From contig NC_043009.1 in NCBI RefSeq assembly GCF_006345805.1, positions 37,944,001 to 38,008,000 on the forward strand: a DNA stretch of 64,000 nt, in the 5' to 3' direction. Positions within the stretch are counted from its first letter, which is position 1. Each line of letters opens with the position of its first letter. Positions 1-12,972 of this stretch are shown in pieces. Source of the stretch: Octopus sinensis. Lineage: Eukaryota. The notes under the pieces are model-generated. The model worked only from the letters and a program-made list of their open reading frames with translations. It made no database searches and was not told the origin of the DNA. The translations under genes and the position numbers were made by a program.

Positions 1-240
1 TAACCTAAATTTGAGACACCAGCAAAAGACGGATTTCGACTGATGTACATGCATGTACAAATGCACGTTCCCATGGCTTTATCAATCGCATTCTCACCTG
101 GAATCGATTTTTGTAATTCTTTCAAGACTTATACATGCCCTGATACCGTTGGTATTTACAAATCAAATTTGAGCGCAATCGGATGGCGGATGCCCAAGAT
201 CCTAGAAGACATGCACACAGACAGACATAATGGATTTTAT
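1..240 (+). mobile_element. Non-autonomous Helitron/Helentron (DINE/HINE)-like 3' segment
   Basis: aaatttgagcgcaatcggatg...cacagacagacat...ttttatata ending resembles DINE-1/HINE-type 3' ends; family assigned from recall only. Confidence 0.35.
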
Positions 241-254
241 ATAATATATATATG

Positions 255-470
255 CATGTGTGTGTGTGTGTGATTGTTTGCTCCACCACCACCACCACCA
301 CCACCACCACTTGACAACCTTTGCTTAGGAGTTTGGCATAAGGGACTGATAGAATAGGTACTAGGCTTAAAAAAAAGAAGAAAATATTAATACTGGGGTT
401 GATTTCTTCAACCAAAACCTTCAGTGTGGAACTTCAACATAGTTGCAGTCCAGTGACTGAAATAAATAAA
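255..470 (+). mobile_element. 3' body of CORE-type SINE (body I), decayed
   Basis: gatagaataggtactaggctt...ggggttgattt...gactgaaata matches the 3' half of full copies such as 4267-4665. Confidence 0.7.
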
Positions 471-486
471 AATACACACATGAAAG

Positions 487-640
487 ACTTCCTTTTTCTT
501 GTCAAACAAATCCACTCACAAGGCTTTTGGTTGGCCTATGTCTATAGCAGAAGACACTTGCCCAAGGTGCTGCCTAGTGGGACTGAATCCCAAACAAATG
601 AGATTTGGAAGCTGACTTCTTGACCACACAACTATGCCTG
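487..640 (-). mobile_element. CORE-type tRNA-SINE head
   Basis: reverse complement of the head/CORE block (caccttgggcaagtgtcttc, gtgagtggatttg). Confidence 0.75.
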
Positions 641-2149
641 CTCTCAATACTGATACAAAAAATATAACACACTTTGCTGACAACATTTCTATTGTAAAAT
701 AAATAAACCACCTATGATACACTTCAATCAATTTTGAAAACAAAGAATGAAAAACTTGGAGGGATTTAGTAAAATAACGCTTTTTTTTTTCGTTAAGCCA
801 TTATTTGGAGTAGAAATTAACAAAAGGTTTTTCACATAAAAATTATGATAGAAGATTTTATATTTGAATATGAATACTTTAAAGCATGTGGTTTTGTAGC
901 ATAGAGAAACCAGAAGGCTGGTGTCGAAAAGGATCGCAGAAAACTTTTTCTCTCACAAACATTTTAATGGATTATGCTCACAAAATAATCTAAAGAACAA
1001 AAAGACAAAAAAAAAAGGAGGAAAAAAAAAGAAGGCAAAGCAAAACATAAAACTTCTTTTGATCTAGTGAATAAAACATCTAAAGTAGAGAATGGTAGTA
1101 ATGGCATAGAGATGCGAGATAAATATAGGAAGAATGAAGATGAAAATCATAATTAAAAATGTTTATAATTTCATTATAAATATTCAGAGGTATAATATGT
1201 GTGTGTGTACATTTATATATATACACCCTTTATATGTAAAAGGTATATAACAATATGATAGAATAATGGTATTGTTTTCATATAGATATGTATGTAAGTG
1301 TATATATTTTGTTTGGAGGGACATAATGGAATCTTTATAGACCTCTTAATTTAGATTAAAGGTATCTGTACTGGCCAGTGCTTCTTCAAATTCTCACCAA
1401 ACAGATTTTTGGTTTGTTCTTTAAAAAAGATACTTATTCAGTTTTGATAGTGTGTAAAATTCTAAGTATCATTAACCAATGGCGGGGAAAAAAAAAACCC
1501 CATCTAAAACCCCACATAAACACACTCCCCCACAGGTAAAAATGCACAAACACATACATTACTTGCACAAATATATATATACACACATATAAATACACAC
1601 ACATAAATATATATATATATATAACATGTACACATATACACATACAATCACACTTATATTCTTTTGTTTAACACCCGTTTTGTATAAGTTTGGACAAGGT
1701 TATTGAAACAGGACTTTAGAACCATGTGCTCATTCCGTCACATACCTTAACAACTAAGGGATTTCTTTAGGTCTTTGAAAACGCAGGGCAACTTATATTG
1801 TCAACAAAGAATGTCAATACAAGCACCACTTCACTGAAGCAGTGACAACATGAAATGTAAACAATATATGCATATCTGCAGATACACACACAAACATGAT
1901 GGGATTCCTGCAGATTTCAACTACCAACTCCCTCATATAACGTTATTAGTTGGGCTGAGGCTACACTACAGTGTCTGATGAAAAAAACCTCCTGTATTAA
2001 TTACATGAAGACAGTTACAACCTGCCTGGCTTCCCTGTTGCCATAGCAATTGTTGTAGTCACAAAGTAAATTTCTTGACCACACAGTCATGCTTGTCCCT
2101 ATGTTTACTTGCTTATGACAGCCCATCAAAGGTGATGACAACATTGATC

Positions 2150-2600
2150 CAAGACCTTCATTCTCTCCTGCCTTCAGCACATTGTTTCTCAGGGGAGCAG
2201 GTGAGGCTGAACGATACAAAACAGGCAGATCCTGTGGCACTGAGGGCACTGAAGCTGACTTCAAACAACAGCCACAGGGGGTTGATAACGACATCTCCTT
2301 TTTCATGCAATCTCCTGCATTTGGTTTCAAAGTGTTCCACTCCAGCATCACATACATGTCTCCATGCCTTCTGATCAACAGTCAGGCCTCCATCTGATTG
2401 GGAGGGATGCTGCATCCACTTGTGATGACCACAAAAACAGTTTTGAACATCCACGAGGCCTACCTCTAGTCCTGATTTCATGGAAGAGGACCATCTTTAA
2501 GAGCTGGTTACCTGGCATCCAAATCACATAGCCAACACAGCAGAGAAGATGATGAAGGATGTAGGCTTCAACACTGAAGATCCCACCCCACCAGGAGGAT
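2150..2600 (-). mobile_element. RTE-clade LINE ORF2 C-terminal remnant
   Basis: translations SVEAYILHHLLCCVGYVIWMPGNQLLKMVLFHEIRTRGRPRG and DQKAWRHVCDAGVEHFETKCRR follow the RTE C-terminal pattern (LRWxGHVxRMPxxRLPK...RxRGRP; DRxxWR); frameshifted. Confidence 0.7.
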
Positions 2601-2660
2601 TTTGCCATGCGAGACCAAGGATACATTTATTTATATATTTTATGTCAAGTTATAAAGATA

Positions 2661-2890
2661 ATTCAGCCTCTTTGAATTTAGATTACTCATGAAATGTAAT
2701 GCATATTTATTTACATTGTTTTGAATTAATCATGCACTGACCTGTATCTTCAAAATTTTGATGACGGGAATTCTTATTTTTAGATTGATATTGTAGGGTA
2801 GGCATGAAAAGCTGGATCTGGCCAGTGTTAACATAAACATAAAACAGTTAGAATATTTGAGCTAGATATGGCTGGTCTGAATGCTTAAAG
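2661..2890 (+). mobile_element. MITE family 1 (about 230 bp, TTAA/CCC-type ends), decayed
   Basis: internal sequence shared with 14770-14968, 18200-18310, 33841-34055 and 45590-45663; better-preserved copies end in (c)taaagggttaa. Confidence 0.6.
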
Positions 2891-3722
2891 GTGAAGCATT
2901 ATTTGGTATTTTTTTCTTATAGAATTAACTTTTGCAAGTCTGATAGAAGCAAGCAAGCTGAAACTTCAGAGTTACTGTCAACATTCTCCTTGCAAAAGGT
3001 TATATATATCTATAATGCTATGTTATATATATATGAATAAATAACTTCATTTCATTTTATCTCATACTTGCTGAACAATAGCTGTTGACAAGTTTCCAAC
3101 GGTCAATCATTGGTTTGCAGCATTTCCTAAGGCAACAGTGACAATGGATTTGTCTAACCCAGTCACTCCAATATTACACACAATATATTTATTGAAAAGC
3201 ATTGATATTTTAGTTTTCTTGCCAAAGTTTACATCTTTCATAGAAATACACACAATCATCATCATCATCATCATCGTTATTTTAAAGGCTACCTTTACAT
3301 GCTTGCTTGGGTGAGATGAAAATATGTTTCGGCATAGTTTTCTATGGGTAGATGCCTTTTCTGATGTCATCCTCCATTTGTCTCCAAAAGAGGTACTTCA
3401 AAAATAATAGCCTCTGAATCTATTTTATGATAAACAACCCAGACATTCTTATGTGGAGAACTGGAAGCAATTGACATTGAAAAAAAACCCTTTCCTTTAT
3501 GAAAATCACACAATATTTAGAAAGACAAAGACTGGGAGAGAGAAAAAGAGGTATAAATATAGCTGGCTTAGGGTTCAGTCCCACTGAATGGCAAATTTGG
3601 TAAATGCCCTCTACTAGAGTCTCGGACCAAACACTGACTTGTTAGTAGAATGGGTTGATGGCAAATAGTATAGTAGCCTATCACACACACACACACACAT
3701 ATAATATAATATATATATTTTC

Positions 3723-3762
<40 letters not shown>

Positions 3763-3889
3763 ATATTTTTTCAGTTTCCATCTACCACATATGCTCACAA
3801 GACTTTGGTCAGCATGGAACTGAATCCAAAACCATATTATTGGAAAATGAACATTTTATCAACACAACCATATGTGCCCATATATCATC

Positions 3890-4240
3890 ATCATAATTGT
3901 TTTAATGTTCACTTTTCCATGTTTGTAAGGGACAGAGGGAATTTGTTGAGGCAACTTTTTACAGCTAGATGCTCACCCTTTTATCAAGCTACACCTGTTT
4001 CTAAGCCAGGTCATATTTACTCATGGCCAGACACGTTCTTCACAGAAGACTGGAAACAAGCAACATCATTTGTATGATAGTGAAGCTTGTTTATAAAAAA
4101 ACATCACAAGATGTTAAGACAAGGATACAAACACACAGATTCACTAACACACACTATATAGACATATGATGGGCTTCTTCTAGTTTCCATCTTCTATATC
4201 TACTCACAAGATTTTGGTTGGCCTGGGGCTGTAGTAGAAG
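3890..4240 (-). mobile_element. CORE-type SINE with alternative body II
   Basis: CORE head at 4160-4240 (reverse), then cacagaagactggaaa/gtatgatagtga block also seen at 36180-36370 and 58560-58840. Confidence 0.6.
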
Positions 4241-4266
4241 CTTGTCAACCTAAAGTCACAAACATA

Positions 4267-4665
4267 GGTGTAGGAGTGGCTGTGTAGTAAGTAGCTTGCT
4301 TACCAACCACATGGTTCTGGGTTCTGTACCACTGTGTGGCACCTTGGGCAAGTGTCTTCTGCTATAGCCTCGGGCCGACCAAAGCCTTGTGAGTGAATTT
4401 GGTAGACGGAAACTGAAGAAAGCCCGTCGTATATATGTACATGTGTGTATGTTTGTGTGTCTGTATTTGTCGCCCCAACATCGCTTGACAACTGATGCTG
4501 ATGTGTTTACGTCTCTGTAACTTAGTGGTTCGGCAAAAGAGGCTGATAGAATAAGTACTAGGCTTACAAAGAATAAGTCCTGGGGTCAATTTACTCAACT
4601 AAAGGCGGTGCTCCAGCATGGCCACAGTCAAATGACTGAAACAAGTAAAAGAGAGTAAAAGAGTA
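4267..4665 (+). mobile_element. Full-length CORE-type tRNA-SINE (resembles octopus OR2 type), body I
   Basis: head ggagtggctgtgtagtaag, ggttctgtacc box, CORE-like gtggcaccttgggcaagtgtc, internal TA/TG tract, tail gactgaaacaagtaaaagag. Confidence 0.85.
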
Positions 4666-5420
4666 AACCACTCAACCACAGAGGTGCACATATCTATCTA
4701 TCTTTTTGCACACATGCATTCACAAACACAGCCATATATATTTATTTACACACACACAGGTATATATATTTATTTACACACACAGAGGCATGTGTGTGTT
4801 GTTGCAGTGTAGAAAAGGTGGTGTAGTGCAAAAGCCTCCCTGACATGTGCAAGACATTCGAAGTTGTACAGACATTTGAAGTTGTACAAGAGCAAACTTT
4901 CAGATCATTACCATCAAAATGATATATATTTATATGAAGTATCAGAAAAGACAATATATAATTTCTGAAGGCTCATTAAAATGCTATTAATCTTTAGTTA
5001 TGCCTTATACCAATTTCCTATTCAATTCTTGACATCAGTCTTCGCATGAATGACAATACAGTTTTGTTGTTGATAGAAATTGTTTTTGTTCCTAAGTTAA
5101 CTTAGTCACCGACTTCCTGACTTGGTAGAGCACCATTCATCTTTTGGAATCACACCATACATCACTGTCACAATTTAATTTGGTTTGATAAGATTTAAGT
5201 GATTATGATATTGTAAAACCAGGAGACATACCTATACTTAATAGACAGATAACAATCCTTTTCTCTACAGATAACCCTTAAAAAAAACGAAAAACCCAAA
5301 AATCAAAAATGATTTTACAATAATAGAAAATATTTAAAAGAAGGGGCAGAGAGGAAAATTACAGAAATATTTTAGAAAAGAATACCAAAATTGCTTAATA
5401 TTTGAAGTATATGTAAAATT

Positions 5421-5579
5421 TAGGCATGGCTGTACAGTCGAGAATTTCAAGCCCTATCCATGTGTCTTAGGTTCAATCCAACTGCATGACACCTTCGACA
5501 AATGTTTTCTACTATAGCCTCAGGTCGACCAAACCCCTGTTGAATGGATTTGGTAGATGGCCACTGAAAGAAGCCTGTC

Positions 5580-5580
<1 letters not shown>
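5421..5580 (+). mobile_element. CORE-type SINE head, decayed
   Basis: gacaccttcgacaaatgttttctactatagcc...gaaagaagcc followed by (TA)n. Confidence 0.7.
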
Positions 5581-5617
<37 letters not shown>

Positions 5618-5618
<1 letters not shown>

Positions 5619-5669
5619 TGATGAGTCATCCATGAAGCTACAGCTTTTGTGGATGTGAAACTATTGGTC
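5618..5669 (+). ncRNA. Minimal type I hammerhead ribozyme motif (decayed)
   Basis: CTGATGA 5618-5624; stem II CATCCAT-GAAGC/GCTTT-T-GTGGATG; GAAA 5657-5660; stem III ACT/GGT; GTC cleavage triplet 5667-5669; stem I only 2 bp. Confidence 0.7.
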
Positions 5670-5841
5670 ACTCTATGTCCAGACATTAACTTTATTACTT
5701 TAGTGTGTGTGTGAGAGTATATATATATATATATATATATATATAGGCTCACTCAAAATTCACGGGTGGCCTAAAAGTCACAAAGATGTTAATTCATTTA
5801 TGCTGTTTTAAATTTATGATAACTTAGTACCACATACAGTA

Positions 5842-5886
<45 letters not shown>

Positions 5887-7309
5887 GTCTGTCTGTCAGT
5901 CTGTCTATCTATCTATCTCTCTCTCTATATATATACATACACACACACACATAGGAAATATATGCACATTAAGAGTGAAGAATCACATTTTGTGAATTGC
6001 AACTGAAAAAAATGTTATTAAACTTTTAGAACCCTTTGTGATTAGGGAGCAAAATTTTCTAAACATGATGTAAAGGCGAAAAACATGTTAACTCGAAATG
6101 ATATTAAGTTGAGGTATGCCCGTATCTTAATTTTATTTTCAAATTCAGTATATGAACTACACACTATATAATTTCTGCATTTATTAGGAGAATCACTCTT
6201 TGTCTTCATATCTCTCTCTCCCTCTCATTTGCAGTTTATTGAAAGAAAGAAGAGTGGCAATCATATTGTTCTTTTAAAACTAGACAATACAGATAATAGG
6301 AAGCCAGTTAGAAATAATAATAATAATAATAGTGATGATGGAAAATAAATAAAATTGAAGTTATATAAAAACAAAATAAAGATTTTGTAAGTTGACAAAT
6401 GACAAGCAGACATGTTTCCGGAAAATAATACAACAGGAAGTAAACTGTGGGTTCACTTGAATGGTGGAGGTTGTTGAAGAAATGTTTATACAACTTGGTA
6501 GTTAGTAACAAGCTCACTTGATGGAAACTAGTTGGGCAACTAGAAAAATGTCGAGAGACTGTCATGCCTTATTTTTCTTTCCCTTTTTTCTTTGTGTATT
6601 TTAATACAAACAACCTAGGATAAAAATGTGAAATTCTTTTTCCCATCAAGAATTCATTGGGGAGAGAGAGGGAGAAAGAGAGAGCACTTCCTTTTGAATT
6701 GATTTATTATCATCATCATTATTATTGTTGTTATTATTATCATTATTATTATTATCATCATCATTATGGCTGCTGATCACAAACTTTTATATTAGTTTAT
6801 AATTTAAAATTCTTTGGTACTTGTCAAAATTTTAAAAATTTAGGTTTCGGAAAAAAAAAGTAGGAAATCTTGAAAAATTTAACAAGAGGTGTTGAATCGG
6901 TAGAGTTTGCATGCTTTGTGGCTTTTGTTTCAACTCTCTGCACTTTGAGTTCAAATCCTGTGAGGTTAACTTTGCATTTATCCTATCAGGGGTCAATAAA
7001 AAAAAAAAAAACAGAATTAACAATACAGATAGGTGGATTGGCAGAATTATAAAAATGATGGAGTGAATGCGTTATATTTGTTCCAGTTCTTTGCATTTTG
7101 AGTTCAAATCATAGCAAGGCCTGCATAGGTAGTAGACTTAACCTATTGCCTGGCTCTGATACTCTCACTTGGGACCTTGGGTGAATTTAGCAGAGTCCAC
7201 TTTGCTGCAAGTGTTTGGGCCAGGCTTCTGGTTTCAAAATATACTTTTATTCTCCCCTCCACACTAAAAGAAGAAGATGCCACCAACCATTTAATATCTG
7301 TTTTTTTTT

Positions 7310-7600
7310 ATGCTGTTAGGTGTTGGACAGGAGCTGGCAAATAGCAGGGCTGCATTAAGTTCCAATGTTAGGTTAGGTATGGTTTCTATGGCTGGATGTC
7401 CTTCCTAATGCCAACCACTTTATGGTGTGTACTGTGTGCTTTTTATGTACCACCATCACTAGTGAGGTCGCTGAGTAATTTGCAAGATGGGAAAAAGAAC
7501 AAGGAAAGGAAAACACCCCCTTGACTAAATGGGGGCAGTATTTCAGAGGAAAGAGGTGGCTTTGCACCAGATAATGGGAGATTGAAGTATGATGGAGGAA
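7310..7600 (-). mobile_element. SINE family C (ggaagggcatccagc motif)
   Basis: ggctggatgtccttcctaatgccaaccac and gtgctttttatgtaccacc match the reverse of 14575-14640. Confidence 0.65.
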
Positions 7601-8819
7601 TAAATGAAGTTGTTTTGCTATAGAGGCTACCCACTAAAAATTTTAAGATTTTTAATGAGAGAAAATATTTTTCAGTGTATGTGTGTGCACATAGTATTTA
7701 ATAAGCACATCCATTGCTGACAGGTCATCAAAGGTATAACATGTGTGTGTGTGTGTGTGTGTTTGTTATTAGATGATAAAACAAATGGTTTATACCTGGT
7801 GGCTTACTGGTAAAGGACAGTCACTTTCAAGTGTTCATTATGCATTTGGTTAATGGAAGATGGAAGATACGAGAATTTTTATTTATCATCACAGTTGCTT
7901 TGAACCATCTAGCAATTGTAGTGATTAATAAAAATCCTCGTATCTTCCATCTTCTGACTCTCATTAACCATGTATGTATGTACATAAAATATATTTACAT
8001 ACCTTAACCAACACCACATAAGTTTCTAGATGGAAGTTGGAATTATGAAAATTTAAAGGTAAGAAAATTATTAATGAAAGTGGTAAATTGTTCATGGAGA
8101 AAATATGTTAATCACAATGATTACTTTAGTGAAAAGGCTTTCAGAAAAAGACTCAAACAAAATGATAAACAGAAAGTTGAAGGGAGCTATTTACGCAAAT
8201 TCTGGCTTTGATTTTAAAGCAAAATCCAGATATATTAATCCAGGAATATTTTCCGTAGAGATTTTTTGGAACATTAGTATAAACATTAGTGTTTATTTAT
8301 TTCAGTATGGAAAACATCAGCAGAAACGATTTTAGTTTGAATCAAATGAATCTGTGTATATGAGCATCTTAGTGCAAATGGATGAACAGATATGATTCTC
8401 TGATGTACGATAGTGAAAAGATGGAACAGAAAATGGGATGTACCATGCTGAAAATGTATGTAAATTTTAATATATTGAGGTAAATTATTCTAAAAGTAGT
8501 GCTTACGAGTAATAGTTTGTATAGTTAAACAAATTTTCAAACAGAATTCAGAAATACATCATAAACTGTCGTAATACACTTGAATTTAACATTCATACTC
8601 TTTAGAAAAACCCAGCTTTATTGCATGTGTACATATTCTCTCATAAAACGAAGAAATAATATGAATAAAATAGACATTTTTCTAGTGCTTTATGACATTT
8701 ATGCAATACACATGCTATGGGAATGTACATATATTATGGAAGAATAGCATAAAACTAGCTTCACCGAAACATCTGGCAATGAACACAATCAATAAGTGAA
8801 AGTTAAATTCCAAAATCCC

Positions 8820-8822
8820 ACT

Positions 8823-8868
<46 letters not shown>

Positions 8869-9086
8869 TAATAATTCTTTCTTATTTTGGCAAAAGTCCA
8901 GCAATTTTTGAGGGGTGGGGAAATTGATGACATCAACCCCAGTGTTTGACTGGTACTTATTTCATCCACCCTGAATGGATGAAAGCAAAGTCAAGCTTGG
9001 TGGAATTCCAATTGGGAACATAAAGACGGATGAAATGCTGCTAAGTGTTTTGCCTGATATGCTAACAACTCTGCTAACTCACCGCC

Positions 9087-9120
<34 letters not shown>

Positions 9121-9300
9121 TAATGGTTTCAAATTTTGGTCCAAAGCTGGCAAGTTTGGAGGAGGGGTTAAGTCAATTACATTGACCCCAGTGCTCAGCT
9201 GGTACTTGTTTTATTGACCCTGAAAGTATGAAGTCGACCTCAATGAAATTTGAAATCAGAATGTAAAGACAGATGAATAATAATAATAAGAATAATAATG
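8820..9300 (-). mobile_element. Two head-to-tail Meta-domain-like SINEs with (ATT)n tails
   Basis: actggtacttatttcatccaccctgaatggatgaaagc and ctggtacttgttttattgaccctgaaag blocks, each bounded by (AAT)n. Confidence 0.7.
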
Positions 9301-10522
9301 ATTTCTATTATTGGCCATAAATGCCCAAGATATGGAGGACAATATCAAAGGACAAGTTACAACACAAAAAAAACAACAACAATAATAATAAGAAATACAG
9401 AAAAAAAAAATAGCAAGAGTAAGCCAATCCAATTTTCTTAAAACACCACTAATCCACTGTCTCAAATTGTTATTTCTTTTCTTTCTTGACCCTGAAAGGA
9501 TGAAAGCCAAAGTTGACCCCGGCAGTGTTTGAACTCAGATCAAACAGAAACAAATATTATGTTGCATCCAACGCTCTAATGACTTTGCCAATTCACAGGA
9601 AACATTAAATCAAGTAACCTGACGAAAAGATGAAAAGTATTTTTGTTTGTTGTCTGTCACCGCAACAGACGTCTAGTAGACACTAATAAACCTTTGTGAG
9701 TAGCAGCAAAATAGTGAAGTCACCATCATTGTTGTAATAGAATTTTTTTTTTCCCCCATTCTTGTTGATACTAGACAACACGCCTATAAACCACGAGCCA
9801 ATTACCACTGCAGGTGTTCTATAATATATTTAGGTCATACACTTAATTCTACATGCCTCACTTAATCTCGCTAAATCATTAAATCATATAAGAATGTGAC
9901 CAATCTGACCCCACATAGACAGGGACCTTCTTTTACAGGAGCCGATTTATCTTGTCTGCTTAATATTGTTGAAATTGGAGCTAATCTTTAGTTTTCGGAG
10001 TCACTTTAGAGATATTTAGAAATGTTCATATTTTTTTCTTTCTAAATATGGAGGACAACAAAATCAAAGCAACAAGTTACCTGTATGGAAGTGCCAACAT
10101 ATTTTATTAACATTTTTTGATAATTTTTAATTAGATGTTTCTAAATTTGTTGGATCAAACCCTTTGGCAAGTACCAAGAGCAAAAATATTTTTTTTAATT
10201 TTAAGATTTTATCATTAAAATTTTCCTTTTCTACATATTAGACAAAAAAATTAAAAAGAAAAGCATTCTGCTTCTATGACCATATTTGTGAAAATTTCCA
10301 AGTTTTTAGACCATCATTGTGCAAGTCAACATAGCTTTTAGACTATTGTATTGGGCAAGTCTTCATAATATTTAGACCATCATGGCTATTCATACAAATT
10401 GTATTTGATTAAGATATAAAATACCAATAACTGATAACTGCCTTCAAAACACCTTTTGAGAATCTGCCTCCTGTTACTAACCATTGCTTCAACATTCACA
10501 TCATTTCCATATATATATATAC

Positions 10523-10563
<41 letters not shown>

Positions 10564-11171
10564 TGTGTGTGTGTGTGTGTATGTGTGTGTGTGTGTATGT
10601 GTGTGTGTGTGTGGGATTCTTTCAGTAGTTTTTATCTTTATCCACTCACAAGGCTTTTGTTATTCTGGGGCTACAGCAGAAAACATGAGCCAAAGGTGCT
10701 ATGCAGTAGAACTGAACCTGAAACTGTCTGGTGAACTGTTGAATAGGGAATATCTGGGTGAGAATAAGGAGCAAAAAAAAAAAATGTGAATGTTAAGCTT
10801 GTATTCAAGCAGTTTCATGGCTGAGATGAAAATATGGGTAGAGACAAAAATCCAGAGGAATGTGTTGATGTGTGATCAAAAGATTAACTATCAGATTGAT
10901 GGCAATTAATACTAATTCTTTTCTGTTTTCTAGAATGTAAGTGATTGTATGTGTACATATATATGATTCAAACTTGTACAAAAAAACAACAACAACAAGT
11001 AAAGAAACAATAAACAAGGTGCATTAGTTTGATGGTCAGGAGAAATGGAAGATTTGTTGATGTTTTGAACCTAAGCTCTTCTACAGATAGGAATGAGAAA
11101 AGAAAATAAATGGAGAAAGGAAAAATAAATTAGTCTGAATTAACAGTTGCACATATTGAATCGACTGGAAG

Positions 11172-11225
<54 letters not shown>

Positions 11226-12244
11226 ACATATATTTACAGTCAACAATTTTCTCATATTTGTTCAAGTATTTTCAGAACTTGAAAAAGAAAGCCAACCTTT
11301 GTAATACAGACTTGAATATTTATGAAAGTTTAGAGATAAGGCACAGCAATTATACAGAACCATGATGGTTTTCTGGTGCACACTATTCCTGTGTGTAAGG
11401 TGTGTGGGATTGTGTATGTTTTCTTAGGATTTGTGCTTTGGCGAGTTGCTTTTGCAGAATGTCTACAGAGGATGTGCATGCCCAGTGGGTGGTGTTATTA
11501 TTGTGGGTGCAACCTTCTGCTCAGAGTGCAGGCGAGTGACTCATGTAGCCAGGTAACAGAAGGTAGATTGCTAATGCAGAAGATTCTGAAGTGTACACAA
11601 AGAAGATGACAGGAACCCTTTGGAACACCTGGCGTTATATACCAAAAGCTGTGGTTAGCAGCATCAAAGCATGTTACAATGCTATCAGTTAGTTAATTAG
11701 TAGTGAAGCCTGTTTCTGCTACCAGACTAATTCCCTTACACTAGGGGTTAATAGCTTCTATTACTAACTTATATATTTATATTGTGAAGATTATTTGATT
11801 TGAAACTAAAAATCTACATTTCAAATCTTTTGCAGATCTTTTGGTTGGACAGAGAACCAAGTTCTCTAGGACTTCAATTTTGAACTTCTTTTTCCTAATG
11901 ACTAAGGAATAGAAGTGGGATGGATTAAGCATTCACTCTATCTTTTTAAAATTTAAGTTGGGAGGAAATAAAGTGCTCATAAAACACTACAAGGCCTTTG
12001 AGAATTTGGGGAGGGAGAGAGGGATGAAAGTACCTTTGAACTGGAAATCTGATCTGCATGCTTGCAACAGAGCAAACTGCACGAAAGGCATCCAAGAATC
12101 TAAAAAGTTGTTGGTGTTGGTGTTAGGAAGGGCATTCAGCTATAAAAATCATGCCAAAACAAACACAGAAGACTGGTGCGATCGCCTGTCAGGTCAAACT
12201 GTTCAACCCATGCCAGCATGGAAGGCAAACATTAAAATCATCCT

Positions 12245-12742
12245 TTCTATTATAGGCACAAGGCCTGACATTTTGGGGAGGGGGATAGTTGACTACATCG
12301 ACCCCAGTATGCAACTGGTACTTAATTTATCAACCCTGAAAGGATAGTTGACTACATTGACCCCAGTATGCAACTGGTACTTAATTTATCAACCCTGAAA
12401 GAATAGTTGATTACATCAACCCCAGTATGCAACTGGTACTTAATTTATCAACCCTGAAAGGATAGTTGATTACATTGACCCCAATATGCAACTGGTACTT
12501 AATTTATCAACTCTGAAAGGATAGTTGATTACATTGACCCCAGTATGCAACTGGTACTTAATTCATCAACCCTGAAAGGATAGTTTACTACATTGACCCC
12601 AGTATGCAACTGGTACTTAATTTATTAACCCTGATAGGATGAAAGGTAAAGTCAACCTCAACGGAATTTGAATGTAGTGGTAGATGAAATACTGCTAAGC
12701 ATTTCGCCCAGCAGGCTAATAATTCTGCCAGCTTGCCGCCTT
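12245..12742 (-). mobile_element. Meta-domain-like SINE with internal 6x59-bp amplification
   Basis: head aaggcggcaagctggcag (reverse, ends 12742) and tail gccttgtgcctataatagaaag (reverse, near 12245) enclose the array. Confidence 0.85.
12284..12637. repeat. Tandem array of six 59-bp units
   Basis: units start at 12284, 12343, 12402, 12461, 12520, 12579; consensus gatagttgactacattgaccccagtatgcaactggtacttaatttatcaaccctgaaag. Confidence 0.95.
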
Positions 12743-12937
12743 CAGACCATTAAATAATGATGATGATGATCTAACACATTTCCATTGCCTGTTTTAGTTT
12801 GGGTTATAGACTTGTTGTATCTAAGCCATATTGGTAAATCTTAGGGAGCACAGGAATCTCTTGAATTTTGCAACAGCTATGAATATACTTGTGTGATGTG
12901 TGTGTATATACATATGTATGTGTACACATGTGCGCAC

Positions 12938-12972
<35 letters not shown>

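Noticed and set aside
905-935. Hairpin followed by GAAA
   Set aside because: No CUGANGA; it is the decayed right end of a family 2 MITE
4853-4888. Short perfect or near-perfect tandem duplications (also 45736, 52970, 55190)
   Set aside because: Ordinary 12-18-bp slippage or repair duplications with no further structure
8296-8460. AG/GT-bounded segment resembling an exon
   Set aside because: Stops in all three plus-strand frames and no recognisable product on either strand
9619-9635. CTGACGA...GAAA
   Set aside because: No stem II pairing between the core halves
12284-12637. CRISPR-like appearance of regular arrays (also 14141 and 56131)
   Set aside because: No unique spacers and no cas genes; eukaryotic SINE or microsatellite origin is evident
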